The translations under genes and the position numbers were made by a program. Below, piece by piece: positions 31,362 through 41,587 of a stretch of 64,000 nucleotides of DNA. How positions within the stretch are numbered: position 1 is the first letter of the stretch; the number at the start of each line of letters is the position of its first letter. The notes below the pieces were generated by a model that ran no database searches, had not been told where the DNA came from, and worked only from the letters and a program-made list of their open reading frames with translations. The stretch is from a virus (Duplodnaviria; Caudoviricetes), in the IMG/VR virus record IMGVR_UViG_3300032135_000005, positions 1 through 64,000 of that record. One strand, 5' to 3'.

Positions 31362-34300
31362 TTATCTAATGTTTTTGGATAACCCTACGGTTAAGTCGTA
31401 AAAGAACAACGGACCCTGAGTATTATCACTTGTTAATTTAATTTCCATATAGTTTCCTCTCATCTTAGGCAACCATTTAGTAAGTTCTGCATCCCCTCTA
31501 TGTTGTGCATGATTATTTAATGCAAAGATATTAACTTCTGGGTCTAATACAACATCTCTAGGAGTAGTAATTCTAAAGGTATCTTTAACTTTATCTGTAA
31601 GAACCTCCATTGGTACAGCTAGTTGAAATGCATTTGTCTTAGGTGTTATGTTTACAATCCCTGTGTATCGTTCCTCATTAAATACTTCTACCTGATTCCA
31701 CGTACTAAAAGGAAGATTTAATCCTTCCTCTGTAGTTCTCTTGGTTAATACCTCAAAATTCCTAAATAATTTAGATACTGTTTCCTCTCCATTGGCCACT
31801 ATTGTAATAGATGACTTATGTAGTTTACCATAATACTCACCTGTAACTCCTGCACTGTGTTTAAATACTCCGGTAGATCCTACGACAGAATTAATTTGAT
31901 TAGAGTATAAATGTGGACCATGGCTAAAGAACCATCTTGGAACCCAAGTATGTCTGCTAGCAAATATTCTACGTTCTAAGTTGTATGACCACATAGTAGA
32001 GCCAACCTTAATGAATACTCTTTCTCGAAGAGGTTCTGACCCAACTAGTATATTTCCATAAGTATCACTTAATGCTTGAACATCTAATCTAACTGAACCA
32101 TTTAAGTCTTGAGATATAACTCCAAGAGTCTCCTGCATTAAGAAGAACTTCCCTTGGCGTTTGTCTACGATGACCCTTCCCCAGACTGTATTAATTGCAT
32201 GCAACCAGTGAGAAGTTCCAGCATATCCTCCATCTACTGTAGACATAGGAACAGCAGCTCTATTAAATGCTCCTCCAGACCCTAGGGTAATCTCTCCTGC
32301 ACTTGTAGCTTGCGTGGCTAACATATTATAGAACAACTTCCATTGCACTTGTGCTGTGCTCGCAAAGAGTTCTCTATTAACATATAAATCAGTTAATTCC
32401 CCGAACTCTTGAGGAACATCGTAGTAGTTGTTAGGAGCAAAGAGTTGATACGCATCAGACTTCTCTCCTTGAACAGCTTGAGATGAATATATTATTCTAT
32501 TAACCAAAGAACCTTTACGCTCTGTATCTTCTAAAGGAGTCACTACAAAGGGTTTAATTGTTGGTTGGGTAGAGTATTGTGTATTGTACGTTTTACAATA
32601 TCCTGGATGTAACCAGTTTGGAGACCCCATAGTCAGTAAACCAAAAGGAGTATCTACGTTAGCTAGTTGTTTGTAGTAAGGGTAGAAAGGTAGTGTGCTG
32701 GCAGCTCCAGTTATATTGTCTTCTGTATATGTTGTTGATTCTGTATAATGTCTGTAGTCATAGTTATTATCTGATTCTAACCAGAAGTATAACATTACAT
32801 TCATATTGTTAGGTTTAATAAACTCTCTTCGTCTATCTCCTTGGTCGTCATTTTCTTGATATACCCACGCAGATTCATCACTTAGTTTTAATCCATATTT
32901 AGAAATAAAGGTATCTCCATTGTATACGTTAACCGTTCCATTGAAGCTTTTCCAGTCCACATAATCTACAAACATAGAAACCATCTGGTCTAAAGAACCG
33001 TATTGTTTAGTATTATGTCTAGTAAGTGTATGTATTACTAAATCACTTCTGAATCCATCTGGTTCTAAATACTTGCATCTCTCTCTCCATCTGTTAGTTT
33101 CTCCTTCATTAAAACACCAGTAGTAATATGGGTTAGCAATCTTTCCTTCAAATTTTATAGGAGCTGTCGGACTAGCCGTAGAGAACCAAGTAAATCCCTG
33201 TGAAGAAGCCATCTGAAGTTCTCGACTCCCTTTTTGAATAATAACATTCCTTTTACCTCCATCTTTAAATGACATATGAGGAACCCCGAAAGGTCTTATA
33301 TCTTTTGGATTTGGCTCTAGTAGTACTTCACTATTATCAAAAGATAGGTCACTAATTCCTAGTACATTATGGAAAGCCACATTAACCCTAGAAGGATCTT
33401 CTGGAGAATCATATATTCTATCATTACTATTTATATAGTAATCAAATTTAGCTGCATAAGGATCAGACTTATATACTGAGTGCTGTTTAATATATGTAGC
33501 TAAAGCAGATGAGTATACATTATGAATAAGATCAGGTGCTACGAATGTAAAGTCGGTAAGGTCTGGAACAGAATCTAAACTACTAGTATCAAGATTATCA
33601 TTTCCTTCTGTACCTACGGCTGTAAATCCATCTGCTAACATTGTAGTTCTTACATTATCAGGTAAATTATTAGTAGCTAAATCTATATTAGGTCTTACAA
33701 TACCCTGTGCTAACTGAGTTTCTTGTCCTCTTTTATCAACTCTTCCTATAATGAACCCAGCAATTTGTTCTTCGTACTGTACTTCAGAAGGGTCTAATAC
33801 TATGTTAGTAAACTCTAGTCCTAAAACGCGAATAAAACAATTACCATTTTCAACATTTCCTTCTATAATAGGTTGCTGTTTAGCACTCGGCATTTTAAAT
33901 AATCTAAGTCCTGTTCCAATAAGTCCTGTATACCTATCATCAGGATAAAGTTCTTCCGATATGTATGAACCAAGAACTCCCCCATCATTAGGATCGGTGT
34001 CCACCGTGGGAGAACCAGATGCAGGACCAGGTATATGTACCGTTGCACCATACACACCAGATTTAAACACTGGCGTAAGTGTGAATGTATATACTTCATC
34101 TCTTCTATATCCTTTGTAAAGAGCACAAGTAACAGGATCTTTGTAACCCTCGTTTGTAGGGTTCATACTCTCATCTGAAGTTTCTCTTAATTCAAAGTCA
34201 CTTTCATCAATAATATTTGTCCTAGTATAAGATTGTCCCTCAAATCTAAGATTTTCTGTAAAAGGTATGCGTTTAACAGTATAATTAACTGTAATTCCCT

Positions 34301-35288
34301 GTGCTACTCTAAACCAATTAATATCAGGTTTCTCTGCTTCTATTGGTGCGCCTAGTAATAAAGTTCCATCCTTTTGAGCTAAGTATTTAGCAGATGCATA
34401 AGCTATTCCTGATGCTATGAACTCTTCTGTAGTAAGGTCTCCATTATCATCTGAAGCTCCTCTATATGATGTAAGGACAGTAGACTGTCCATTAATCAAT
34501 ATCCTAGAAGACTTAGTAATTTTTTGTGCATTAGATAGTCCTATATAAGTAAGTACACCTAATTCTATGTATTTAAAAGCTGTATCTACATTTTCAATTT
34601 TTAGAGTGATAGCTTTAGATGTTATTGTTTGTGTTGGGTCTCCTTTTATCCTATATCTAGAACCATTAAGTGAAGCACTTACTATTGGTATAACTCCAGA
34701 GACAATGCCAAAAGGTGTAGAAGCTCCTGAATCAGTTACAAGTCTAGCAACAAACTGGTAAACTCCTGATAGGAGTTCTCCTGAATTTGTCTCTCCTGTA
34801 TACCTAACTCTAGGTAAATCATATTCTAAGAATAAAGATGTAACTTTATCAAAGTCTTCGTCATCAGTAGGAAGTATTATATCATCTGGAGTTTTCCCAA
34901 GATTAATTCTACGAGAACCTGCGGGTGTACTAAAGTAAATTACTCTTTCTCCTGCCCAGTTCTTCTTACCTTCTACTTGAGTTGGGTCTGTAATACCAAG
35001 AACATCAACTCCAGCTCTAACAGGAACTTCTACATTCCATACGCCGTTTATATCTAAAGAACCTATGATACTTTTACTGTTAATTGTTCCTAATAGAATA
35101 GTTTCATCCCCAATAGCGCAAGAACCCCATTCAATAAAGTTAGCCGGTACATTAGTAGGTAAATTCCCCTCGTCTGTACGTTTAGCTCTTCCTGCAACCC
35201 TCATATTTACTGCATCAGTATAGGCACCTGGTGGAGTATGTATAGGCTTGGTATTAGTAAAAAGTCCTTTAGTAAAATCCGTTTTCAT
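31362..35288 (-). CDS. Tail muzzle / stabilization protein
   Basis: 1308 aa. N-terminal FTKGL.T...P...PPGAYTDAVN, central KGYRRDEVYTF, C-terminal KMRGNYMEIKL; conserved position after the ring protein in crAss-like phages. Confidence 0.8.
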   Translation of the reverse strand: MKTDFTKGLFTNTKPIHTPPGAYTDAVNMRVAGRAKRTDEGNLPTNVPANFIEWGSCAIGDETILLGTINSKSIIGSLDINGVWNVEVPVRAGVDVLGITDPTQVEGKKNWAGERVIYFSTPAGSRRINLGKTPDDIILPTDDEDFDKVTSLFLEYDLPRVRYTGETNSGELLSGVYQFVARLVTDSGASTPFGIVSGVIPIVSASLNGSRYRIKGDPTQTITSKAITLKIENVDTAFKYIELGVLTYIGLSNAQKITKSSRILINGQSTVLTSYRGASDDNGDLTTEEFIASGIAYASAKYLAQKDGTLLLGAPIEAEKPDINWFRVAQGITVNYTVKRIPFTENLRFEGQSYTRTNIIDESDFELRETSDESMNPTNEGYKDPVTCALYKGYRRDEVYTFTLTPVFKSGVYGATVHIPGPASGSPTVDTDPNDGGVLGSYISEELYPDDRYTGLIGTGLRLFKMPSAKQQPIIEGNVENGNCFIRVLGLEFTNIVLDPSEVQYEEQIAGFIIGRVDKRGQETQLAQGIVRPNIDLATNNLPDNVRTTMLADGFTAVGTEGNDNLDTSSLDSVPDLTDFTFVAPDLIHNVYSSALATYIKQHSVYKSDPYAAKFDYYINSNDRIYDSPEDPSRVNVAFHNVLGISDLSFDNSEVLLEPNPKDIRPFGVPHMSFKDGGKRNVIIQKGSRELQMASSQGFTWFSTASPTAPIKFEGKIANPYYYWCFNEGETNRWRERCKYLEPDGFRSDLVIHTLTRHNTKQYGSLDQMVSMFVDYVDWKSFNGTVNVYNGDTFISKYGLKLSDESAWVYQENDDQGDRRREFIKPNNMNVMLYFWLESDNNYDYRHYTESTTYTEDNITGAASTLPFYPYYKQLANVDTPFGLLTMGSPNWLHPGYCKTYNTQYSTQPTIKPFVVTPLEDTERKGSLVNRIIYSSQAVQGEKSDAYQLFAPNNYYDVPQEFGELTDLYVNRELFASTAQVQWKLFYNMLATQATSAGEITLGSGGAFNRAAVPMSTVDGGYAGTSHWLHAINTVWGRVIVDKRQGKFFLMQETLGVISQDLNGSVRLDVQALSDTYGNILVGSEPLRERVFIKVGSTMWSYNLERRIFASRHTWVPRWFFSHGPHLYSNQINSVVGSTGVFKHSAGVTGEYYGKLHKSSITIVANGEETVSKLFRNFEVLTKRTTEEGLNLPFSTWNQVEVFNEERYTGIVNITPKTNAFQLAVPMEVLTDKVKDTFRITTPRDVVLDPEVNIFALNNHAQHRGDAELTKWLPKMRGNYMEIKLTSDNTQGPLFFYDLTVGLSKNIR

Positions 35289-35304
35289 CGTGTCTTGAAT
35301 TAAT

Positions 35305-35910
35305 CTAAGTTCTATCTAACGTGTTTGATTTACCTACTCCTGTGTAGTTGTTCAAATGTACGTCTTTTAAAGGATTCAGTCTAACAAAATCTTGGTAAGC
35401 CTTGTTAGTATCCTGTAGAGACATTACATTTAAGTACCCTCGAGCAGATTTACACCTCCAATGCCATTCAGCATCTGCGAATTGAAAGTTTACTGACCTT
35501 ACTTCTCCTTGTAAAACAAGTATCTTTATCATATACCACATGATTGCAGCTCTTACTGGAGCACTATCTGGTACTAAAATATACCCTCTGGAGTCAGTAG
35601 GCATAGCTTGATAAGCTAATTCTATCTCAGTTCCATCCGGATCATCTACTATAATAAATGGCCCACGTTCTATGTAAGATTTATTTATAGGAATTAGATG
35701 TTTAATGTTTTGTAAATCTTTTGGTAATGGTGCAAGAGAGCCAGTCACTGTAAGAGTTGCAACTTGGTCGATATATATCTTTGCAGCTCCTATAAACTTA
35801 AGAGCTTCTGCGATATCCTCTACACATTCTTCAATATCATATTGCCATTCCTTTAATTTGAAGGTTCGTATGAGTTGATCTATAACTACTTCTACTGTAT
35901 CGTAATTCAT
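35305..35910 (-). CDS. Tail ring (tubular) protein
   Basis: IAEALKFIG, APLPKDL, YQAMPTD..GYILVPD motifs; directly upstream of the muzzle gene. Confidence 0.75.
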   Translation of the reverse strand: MNYDTVEVVIDQLIRTFKLKEWQYDIEECVEDIAEALKFIGAAKIYIDQVATLTVTGSLAPLPKDLQNIKHLIPINKSYIERGPFIIVDDPDGTEIELAYQAMPTDSRGYILVPDSAPVRAAIMWYMIKILVLQGEVRSVNFQFADAEWHWRCKSARGYLNVMSLQDTNKAYQDFVRLNPLKDVHLNNYTGVGKSNTLDRT

Positions 35911-36401
35911 GAGTTTAGTATTTGGTTCTTATAAGCTGCTCTAGCCCTTGATTTTTGGGTAATTTGTGCCTTTTTAACATATTGTCTATGTCCACCAGGA
36001 GTTCGCATTACCTTCACAATTGCCAAAACTAATCTTCTACTTGGATCAAACTTCCATCCCCTAGAAGCTATCTTTGTATAATGTCGTGTCCATCCAACTT
36101 TAGCTATATAAAATCCTGAATGTACATTAGACTTTCTTATGACTTTACCTGCATCTCTAGATGCTTTGAAATCTACATAAGAAGTCTGCTTAACTTTTCT
36201 AATTCGTAAAGTAGCTAATCCACTATGGAGTTTAACATCTTTACCTGCCTGCAAATACTCTATTACTTTTTGTCCCCAAGTATCTAAAATCAGTTTATGC
36301 TCCTTGTAACTTACAGGAACAACTTCTCGTTCTTTGCAGCGTTTCTTATAGAACTGATAAACCTGTAAAAGCGAATACTGACTTTTATCATATTTAGGCA
36401 C
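35907..36401 (-). CDS. IHF/HU-like basic DNA-binding protein
   Basis: ILDTWGQKVIEYLQAGKDVKLHSGLATLRIRK resembles the IHF fold; such genes sit at this position in crAss-like genomes. Confidence 0.6.
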   Translation of the reverse strand: MPKYDKSQYSLLQVYQFYKKRCKEREVVPVSYKEHKLILDTWGQKVIEYLQAGKDVKLHSGLATLRIRKVKQTSYVDFKASRDAGKVIRKSNVHSGFYIAKVGWTRHYTKIASRGWKFDPSRRLVLAIVKVMRTPGGHRQYVKKAQITQKSRARAAYKNQILNS

Positions 36402-36676
36402 TACTTCTTTTTAGGTCGTTTCTTATAATTCTTTACAGAAAACGTATCGGTATTTTCTGTGTACCCTCCGCCAGGTCTAAATGCATCTACTACAGCACCT
36501 AAATCTTTAGCTTGTTTAGCGTAAGCACTTCCACGTTTAACGGCCATATCGTAACCTGCAGTACTTCTAACATGAACCGTATCTTTAGCTGCAATTCTAG
36601 GTGTTCCTTTTATTCCACTAGTAGCATTGATGGGATCATCTAGACTACTTCCTTTTTTCTTAACTTGTTTTGCCAT
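36401..36676 (-). CDS. Small basic hypothetical protein
   Basis: 91 aa, Lys-rich termini, translationally coupled to its neighbours. Confidence 0.5.
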   Translation of the reverse strand: MAKQVKKKGSSLDDPINATSGIKGTPRIAAKDTVHVRSTAGYDMAVKRGSAYAKQAKDLGAVVDAFRPGGGYTENTDTFSVKNYKKRPKKK

Positions 36677-36690
36677 GACTATATAAACTT

Positions 36691-37392
36691 TTATTTAGTA
36701 GATTTACCAAGCCCTTGTAGTGTATCTAACAATTGACTTTCATCTTTTTTATTTTTAGTAGCTTTTTGTAGAGCTTCAACTGCTTCATCTCCCCAACCCA
36801 TATCGCCGGCCATAGCTATTTTATAAACAGTATCTGCATCCTTCAACGTTAATGGGTACTCCCAATCGAATGGACTTAAATACTTGTACCTTCCCATAGC
36901 CTGTTCAACTCTGTAGGGCTCATCAAATATACCTCTAACTCTTGCTTTTTGTAAGTTTGATATTTCAGAATTAATCAGATAAATCTGCCCGTTTAGTAAG
37001 AACCATTTAGGAGAACTCGCTGTATACTTTCTATATAAAACTGTACGTAATTGAGAATAGGATATTTCTGTGTAACTCTCTTCTCCATCGGTAGACCCTA
37101 TTGTAAATATACCTCCTCCTCCAGAGTAGGATATAAAATTAGGTACTTCCAATTTTAAAACTTTTGAGTTTCCTACTTGCCCAATTTCACTTTTTAAAGC
37201 ATTAGTAGGTTTCACATCAACCACTTGAGACATCTGGACAATATTAACTTTGGCGTCCATTTTCTGAGAGGCTAACTTAGCTCGAGCTTCATCTAACATA
37301 TACATAAGGTGTTGGTCAGTTGCATTCCACAAATAACTATGAGCCTCTTTTAGATTAGTTCGTAAATTGTATATTAACTCTTTGGCTTTCAT
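36691..37392 (-). CDS. Tail ring protein
   Basis: ELIYNLR..L N-terminus, WFLLNGQIYL, RVRGIFDEP and EYPL motifs of crAss ring proteins. Confidence 0.65.
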   Translation of the reverse strand: MKAKELIYNLRTNLKEAHSYLWNATDQHLMYMLDEARAKLASQKMDAKVNIVQMSQVVDVKPTNALKSEIGQVGNSKVLKLEVPNFISYSGGGGIFTIGSTDGEESYTEISYSQLRTVLYRKYTASSPKWFLLNGQIYLINSEISNLQKARVRGIFDEPYRVEQAMGRYKYLSPFDWEYPLTLKDADTVYKIAMAGDMGWGDEAVEALQKATKNKKDESQLLDTLQGLGKSTK

Positions 37393-37405
37393 TTCGTAAA
37401 GGTAT

Positions 37406-37435
37406 AAAAAAAAGCCTGAACATTTGCTCAGGCTT
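37406..37435 (-). terminator. Intrinsic terminator after the auxiliary capsid gene
   Basis: AAGCCTGA/TCAGGCTT inverted repeat followed by a T-tract on the minus strand. Confidence 0.75.
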
Positions 37436-37463
37436 CTTATAATTAATTTTAACTAGTTAAATT

Positions 37464-38423
37464 CTAGGTATGTGCAGCTACTACTACAGGAACAATTCCG
37501 GCAGTGGCTAAATCAGTTTCAAGCAATGCTTGACCTGCAGCTGAAGTGGCTATAAGAGCTCCAATAGGATTGGCTCTTAAACCTTGCATATCTCCTTCAA
37601 GCTCAATATCTGCACGAATTACTAATACTTCATAATCCGTAATTCCAGATACAATCTGAGATTGATATTTCCTAGCACTCCAAGTTCTTCTATCAGAATA
37701 ACCTAAACGACCCATATGTTGTTCTTCCAACCAAGCTATTTTAGCAACATCTCCTTGACCTGCTTGAGCTTCAGTAGTAGGGTCTACAATTACATAAGTT
37801 CCAGTAGAACCCATAGTTTCTGGTCGAGCTATCTCAAACACAAGTGTTTCCGGTCTATTAATTCCATTATAATTACTTGCAGTTGTAATTGTAATTCCTG
37901 TGAAGGTTACAGTATCTGTTGCTGAAGTAACAGTTACAAATAAGTTATCTCCTGTTTGCAAATTAAACTCTGCAGCAATAGCAGCAGCCCAGGCTGTTGG
38001 AGTTGCAGTGTTAGCTGCAGTAGCAACAAGACCTATAACAGACTGTTTGATTTGATTAGGTATGATACTTAAATTATCATGATAAGCAACTTTAAAAATT
38101 GCAGTCTCGTCTACGGCGGGAACAGCAGTTACTTGTAGAGTTGATATCTGATTTACGGGAGCAGCATAAGGATTGTTATTAACAGTACGAATACCTGCTA
38201 CAGGTATAGGTCCAGCTAAAATAGGTTCTCCTAAAGTTGCAGTACCTCTCGCAAAACCAATATTGGTGGTATCTGCTGTTATAGAGTTGTCTGCTTCATT
38301 TGCTACATCAAAGTCGAAAGCAATAATTTGACCATCGGTTAAATCTTCTAGTGCTACAGCAGCTAGGGTAGTATTTGCAATTCCAGTTCCGACTAGCATT
38401 TTTGATACATAATTACGTGACAT
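37464..38423 (-). CDS. Auxiliary capsid protein-like structural protein
   Basis: 319 aa, Ala/Thr-rich, GQG...IAWLE..MGRLGY motif; position in the head block. Confidence 0.6.
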   Translation of the reverse strand: MSRNYVSKMLVGTGIANTTLAAVALEDLTDGQIIAFDFDVANEADNSITADTTNIGFARGTATLGEPILAGPIPVAGIRTVNNNPYAAPVNQISTLQVTAVPAVDETAIFKVAYHDNLSIIPNQIKQSVIGLVATAANTATPTAWAAAIAAEFNLQTGDNLFVTVTSATDTVTFTGITITTASNYNGINRPETLVFEIARPETMGSTGTYVIVDPTTEAQAGQGDVAKIAWLEEQHMGRLGYSDRRTWSARKYQSQIVSGITDYEVLVIRADIELEGDMQGLRANPIGALIATSAAGQALLETDLATAGIVPVVVAAHT

Positions 38424-38454
38424 AATTTTTACATTTTAAATTAAACATTCATTC

Positions 38455-39066
38455 TTAAGATTTAGAAACTACAGGTTGTGAGTTAATCCTGCCTGATTCT
38501 AAATTTTCTAATATTAGTGTTACCGTTTTATCTTCCAGTTCTGTTAGAAAGGGATAGTCCAATACACTAGCCTCTGTAATTACTACTGGATATTTAAGAT
38601 AATCATAGCGAGCTTTGGTAACCTTAAAGTCGCTTACCTCAAATTTGACTTCTTTATCTATTAACCTATATATAGGAGTATCAGCGTAAGACTTTGTAAA
38701 TAAATTGTCTTCTCTAGTAGAGTTCTCAGTATTATCCAAGAACCTTGTACCTACCCAATCTGCCTCCGCACCTATTGTTACATAAGCTTCTAAATCTTTA
38801 AATTTAAACACATCAACTGGTAAAGTAAATTTATTATTAGTAACAGTAACATTTTCCGTTACTCCATATAGATGAGCCAGATACGTCTTAGTAGCGAACT
38901 CATCTAATAATCTAGAGTATAATCCAAGATCAAATTCTAGTGTCAGAGCTTTCAATGCATCATTAGCGAAAAATATAACTTCCTCGGGTCTAATATCCTC
39001 GTAAGAACTAGTTGCGATTCTATTAAGTTTAACCTCTACGTGACTTATGAATTCTGTTCCTGTCAT
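38455..39066 (-). CDS. Tail ring protein
   Basis: EVKLNRIATSSYEDIRPEEVIFFANDA N-terminus and YLKYP motif typical of crAss ring proteins. Confidence 0.65.
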   Translation of the reverse strand: MTGTEFISHVEVKLNRIATSSYEDIRPEEVIFFANDALKALTLEFDLGLYSRLLDEFATKTYLAHLYGVTENVTVTNNKFTLPVDVFKFKDLEAYVTIGAEADWVGTRFLDNTENSTREDNLFTKSYADTPIYRLIDKEVKFEVSDFKVTKARYDYLKYPVVITEASVLDYPFLTELEDKTVTLILENLESGRINSQPVVSKS

Positions 39067-39986
39067 TAGTCTTTTGCTTTAACTGGTTTTTTGTCTTCCG
39101 TTTTACCATTTTCTGTTTTCATAGCTTCTTTTAAGATAGCCATATCTCCAGACATTTTAGCTTTGATAATCTTCTGCAATACCTCATTTTTAGCTAAGTT
39201 CTCAGCGGCAGATTGTCTATCGTATCCTAAGATAACTTCACCGTGATAGATTGCTCCATCTTCCATTGTTAATACTGCAGCATCAAGTGCTTTAGATACT
39301 AACGATCTTGTAACTAAGAAACCATCATTAGCTCTTATTAAGAACTCTTCAGCATCAGTTTCAATTTGCTCATCAATCTTATCAATGATAGAATTTACAT
39401 TTGAAGCATCAACTAATATTCCGTATGTTGCAAGAATATTAACTTTAGTTTCTATGTCTAACTCTTCAGCCAAATTATAAGCTTTTTTCAATGATTTTCT
39501 TCCTGTTACTCTTCCTGCAGCTTCTTGGTCTTCAGAGAATATTACGTATTCTACTTTAGAATCTTGAGCTATATTAACTAACCCATCACATACTATTGAC
39601 TGACCTAGCGCAAACAAGTATTTTAAAAGATCCATATTATCTCTTAAGTTCCAGGTTAATGCTTCTGAACCAATTCTTAGTTGGAAAGTATTCCAATAAG
39701 AAGAATTATTTTTTAAAGTTCCTTCAGTCAAATCAAGAAGTATTTCTAATGCTCTTCTTGTACCTTGAACTTTCTTAGGCATCTTACTACCTATTGTTGG
39801 TTCTTTATAATCTTCCGTTAATCCGGTTGCTGGAAACCCATTCTTATCTAGACTTGCGCCTAACAAAGTATAAGCTTCATCATATTTTTTTAATTTAATT
39901 AAAGGATCAGAGTAAATTTGTTTAAAATTAACTACTGCATCTCTGTTGAATCCTTCTAATGTTGTAATTTTTGTTCGCTTACTCAT
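39066..39986 (-). CDS. Conserved crAss-like protein downstream of the major capsid gene
   Basis: 306 aa, with TGLTE, NSSYW and DLLKYLF motifs; syntenic position directly after MCP. Confidence 0.55.
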   Translation of the reverse strand: MSKRTKITTLEGFNRDAVVNFKQIYSDPLIKLKKYDEAYTLLGASLDKNGFPATGLTEDYKEPTIGSKMPKKVQGTRRALEILLDLTEGTLKNNSSYWNTFQLRIGSEALTWNLRDNMDLLKYLFALGQSIVCDGLVNIAQDSKVEYVIFSEDQEAAGRVTGRKSLKKAYNLAEELDIETKVNILATYGILVDASNVNSIIDKIDEQIETDAEEFLIRANDGFLVTRSLVSKALDAAVLTMEDGAIYHGEVILGYDRQSAAENLAKNEVLQKIIKAKMSGDMAILKEAMKTENGKTEDKKPVKAKD

Positions 39987-40032
39987 ATATATTTGTCTTT
40001 TGTTGTTACTAAAGATTTGAAATTTTTATGAA

Positions 40033-40070
40033 TGTTATAAGAGGGCAGGTTACCCACCCTCTTAATAACA
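40033..40070 (-). terminator. Stem-loop after the MCP gene (terminator or mRNA-stabilising hairpin)
   Basis: TGTTAT-AAGAGGG / CCCTCTT-AATAACA inverted repeat; no strong U-tract. Confidence 0.5.
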
Positions 40071-40105
40071 ACAAAGGATATTTCAATCCCTGACAAAATT
40101 ATACA

Positions 40106-41557
40106 TTAATTCAAACGCATAATCATTTCTCCACAGCTAGTTGGGTCTTGTAATTGAATACCACACTCAGCTAACATATGTACTTCATACCCATCTAAAC
40201 CATTTGAACGCATAACTGACATTGAAGTTGCAACATCTCCAAATGGAGTTGTAGAACCGGCAACATACCACATTGCATTCTCAGAATTCTTTTTAGATAC
40301 TTTTCTTACATTCGCTTTACCTTTTACAATTCCGAAGTTTAAGATAGTAAATCTATAAGATTCGATTGGTTTTTTAGATATTGGGTGCAACTCTCTGTTA
40401 CGAACTTTATCATCGTAAGGAGAAAATTCTTTAACTGTCAACGATACACCGTTTAAAAATTCAACTTTTTTGAAGTGACCTGTCAATGTTAATGAATCTC
40501 CTGTACCAGTGATAAAAGTACCAGAGTTAGTTACAGTAATTCCTAATTCTTTTTGTCTATCTATAATAGCACGGTTAAACTCTCGAATACCCATTTTACC
40601 AGTTAGTGCTACAAAATTGTAATCTCCTCCCCAACGTGATGCATTGTAAGATAAGTCTAACAAGAACTCATCAATTACATCGTAGGTTAATTTAGAATAG
40701 TATAATCTATTTGCAGGAGAGATTTGTTGTCTCACACCAGCACCGTGATAAACAGGACGTTGGTTTTTTCCTTGCAATCTTACTACACCTTGAGGATCTT
40801 TGTTATAGATAGTATAGATAAATGATCTATCAATCTCTTTGTACCATTGTGCCAAAGCAGTCCATTCTGCTAATTTTGTCCACAATTTAGTAGACTGACC
40901 ATCTTCTGCGAATAACTCAATTACCATTACATCAGTAGCTGCTGAACGAGATACTGCGTAGTGCTTACGTAAAGTTGTAAGTTGGTTTTTAAGAGTCATT
41001 GGAGCAACGAAATCAGTTCCACCACCTTTATCAGAGAACTCTTCAACAGTAGAGAAATCTTTCGACATTCTAGCTGTAGATGAAATTTGGTCTACATTGA
41101 TAAATTTCTTAGGGTCTGGATCTGTTAAGACAGCAGTATAGATATAATCAATACCGTTAGATACTCTATTTGATACTCTCAACATCGTACCATCATCTGA
41201 TACTAAGTTGTCGGATACTTGGAAGATTCCTTCTTCCATTTTGAACCTGAAAGGAGCTCCATTCAATCCCGGGTTAGAACCTGGATTAACAGCGCCAGTT
41301 ATGACAATAGCTCTTTCGGTTTGACCATGCAAATCCCATGTGTATTCGCGATTGGTAATAAATCTTGTGTTCCCAATACCTCCTGTCAACATAGACAGTA
41401 CAGTTTCGTTTTGGGTCCCAAATGCATATGCTAAAACAGAATCCATTCTCTCTGGCTCAGTCAAATAAGCTTGAGATAAGTGATCTGCTTCGGTCATGCC
41501 AGATGGTAATGCACGTAATTTGTGCAATTGTAATGGTGATACATCAGCTTGAAACAT
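40106..41557 (-). CDS. Major capsid protein
   Basis: 483 aa. EYTWDL, KNQLTTLRK, HGAGVRQQI, TGKMGIREF and C-terminal DGYEVHMLAECGIQLQDP motifs of crAss-like MCPs. Confidence 0.88.
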   Translation of the reverse strand: MFQADVSPLQLHKLRALPSGMTEADHLSQAYLTEPERMDSVLAYAFGTQNETVLSMLTGGIGNTRFITNREYTWDLHGQTERAIVITGAVNPGSNPGLNGAPFRFKMEEGIFQVSDNLVSDDGTMLRVSNRVSNGIDYIYTAVLTDPDPKKFINVDQISSTARMSKDFSTVEEFSDKGGGTDFVAPMTLKNQLTTLRKHYAVSRSAATDVMVIELFAEDGQSTKLWTKLAEWTALAQWYKEIDRSFIYTIYNKDPQGVVRLQGKNQRPVYHGAGVRQQISPANRLYYSKLTYDVIDEFLLDLSYNASRWGGDYNFVALTGKMGIREFNRAIIDRQKELGITVTNSGTFITGTGDSLTLTGHFKKVEFLNGVSLTVKEFSPYDDKVRNRELHPISKKPIESYRFTILNFGIVKGKANVRKVSKKNSENAMWYVAGSTTPFGDVATSMSVMRSNGLDGYEVHMLAECGIQLQDPTSCGEMIMRLN

Positions 41558-41587
41558 AATTATTTAATTTTAATTGGACAGTTACAT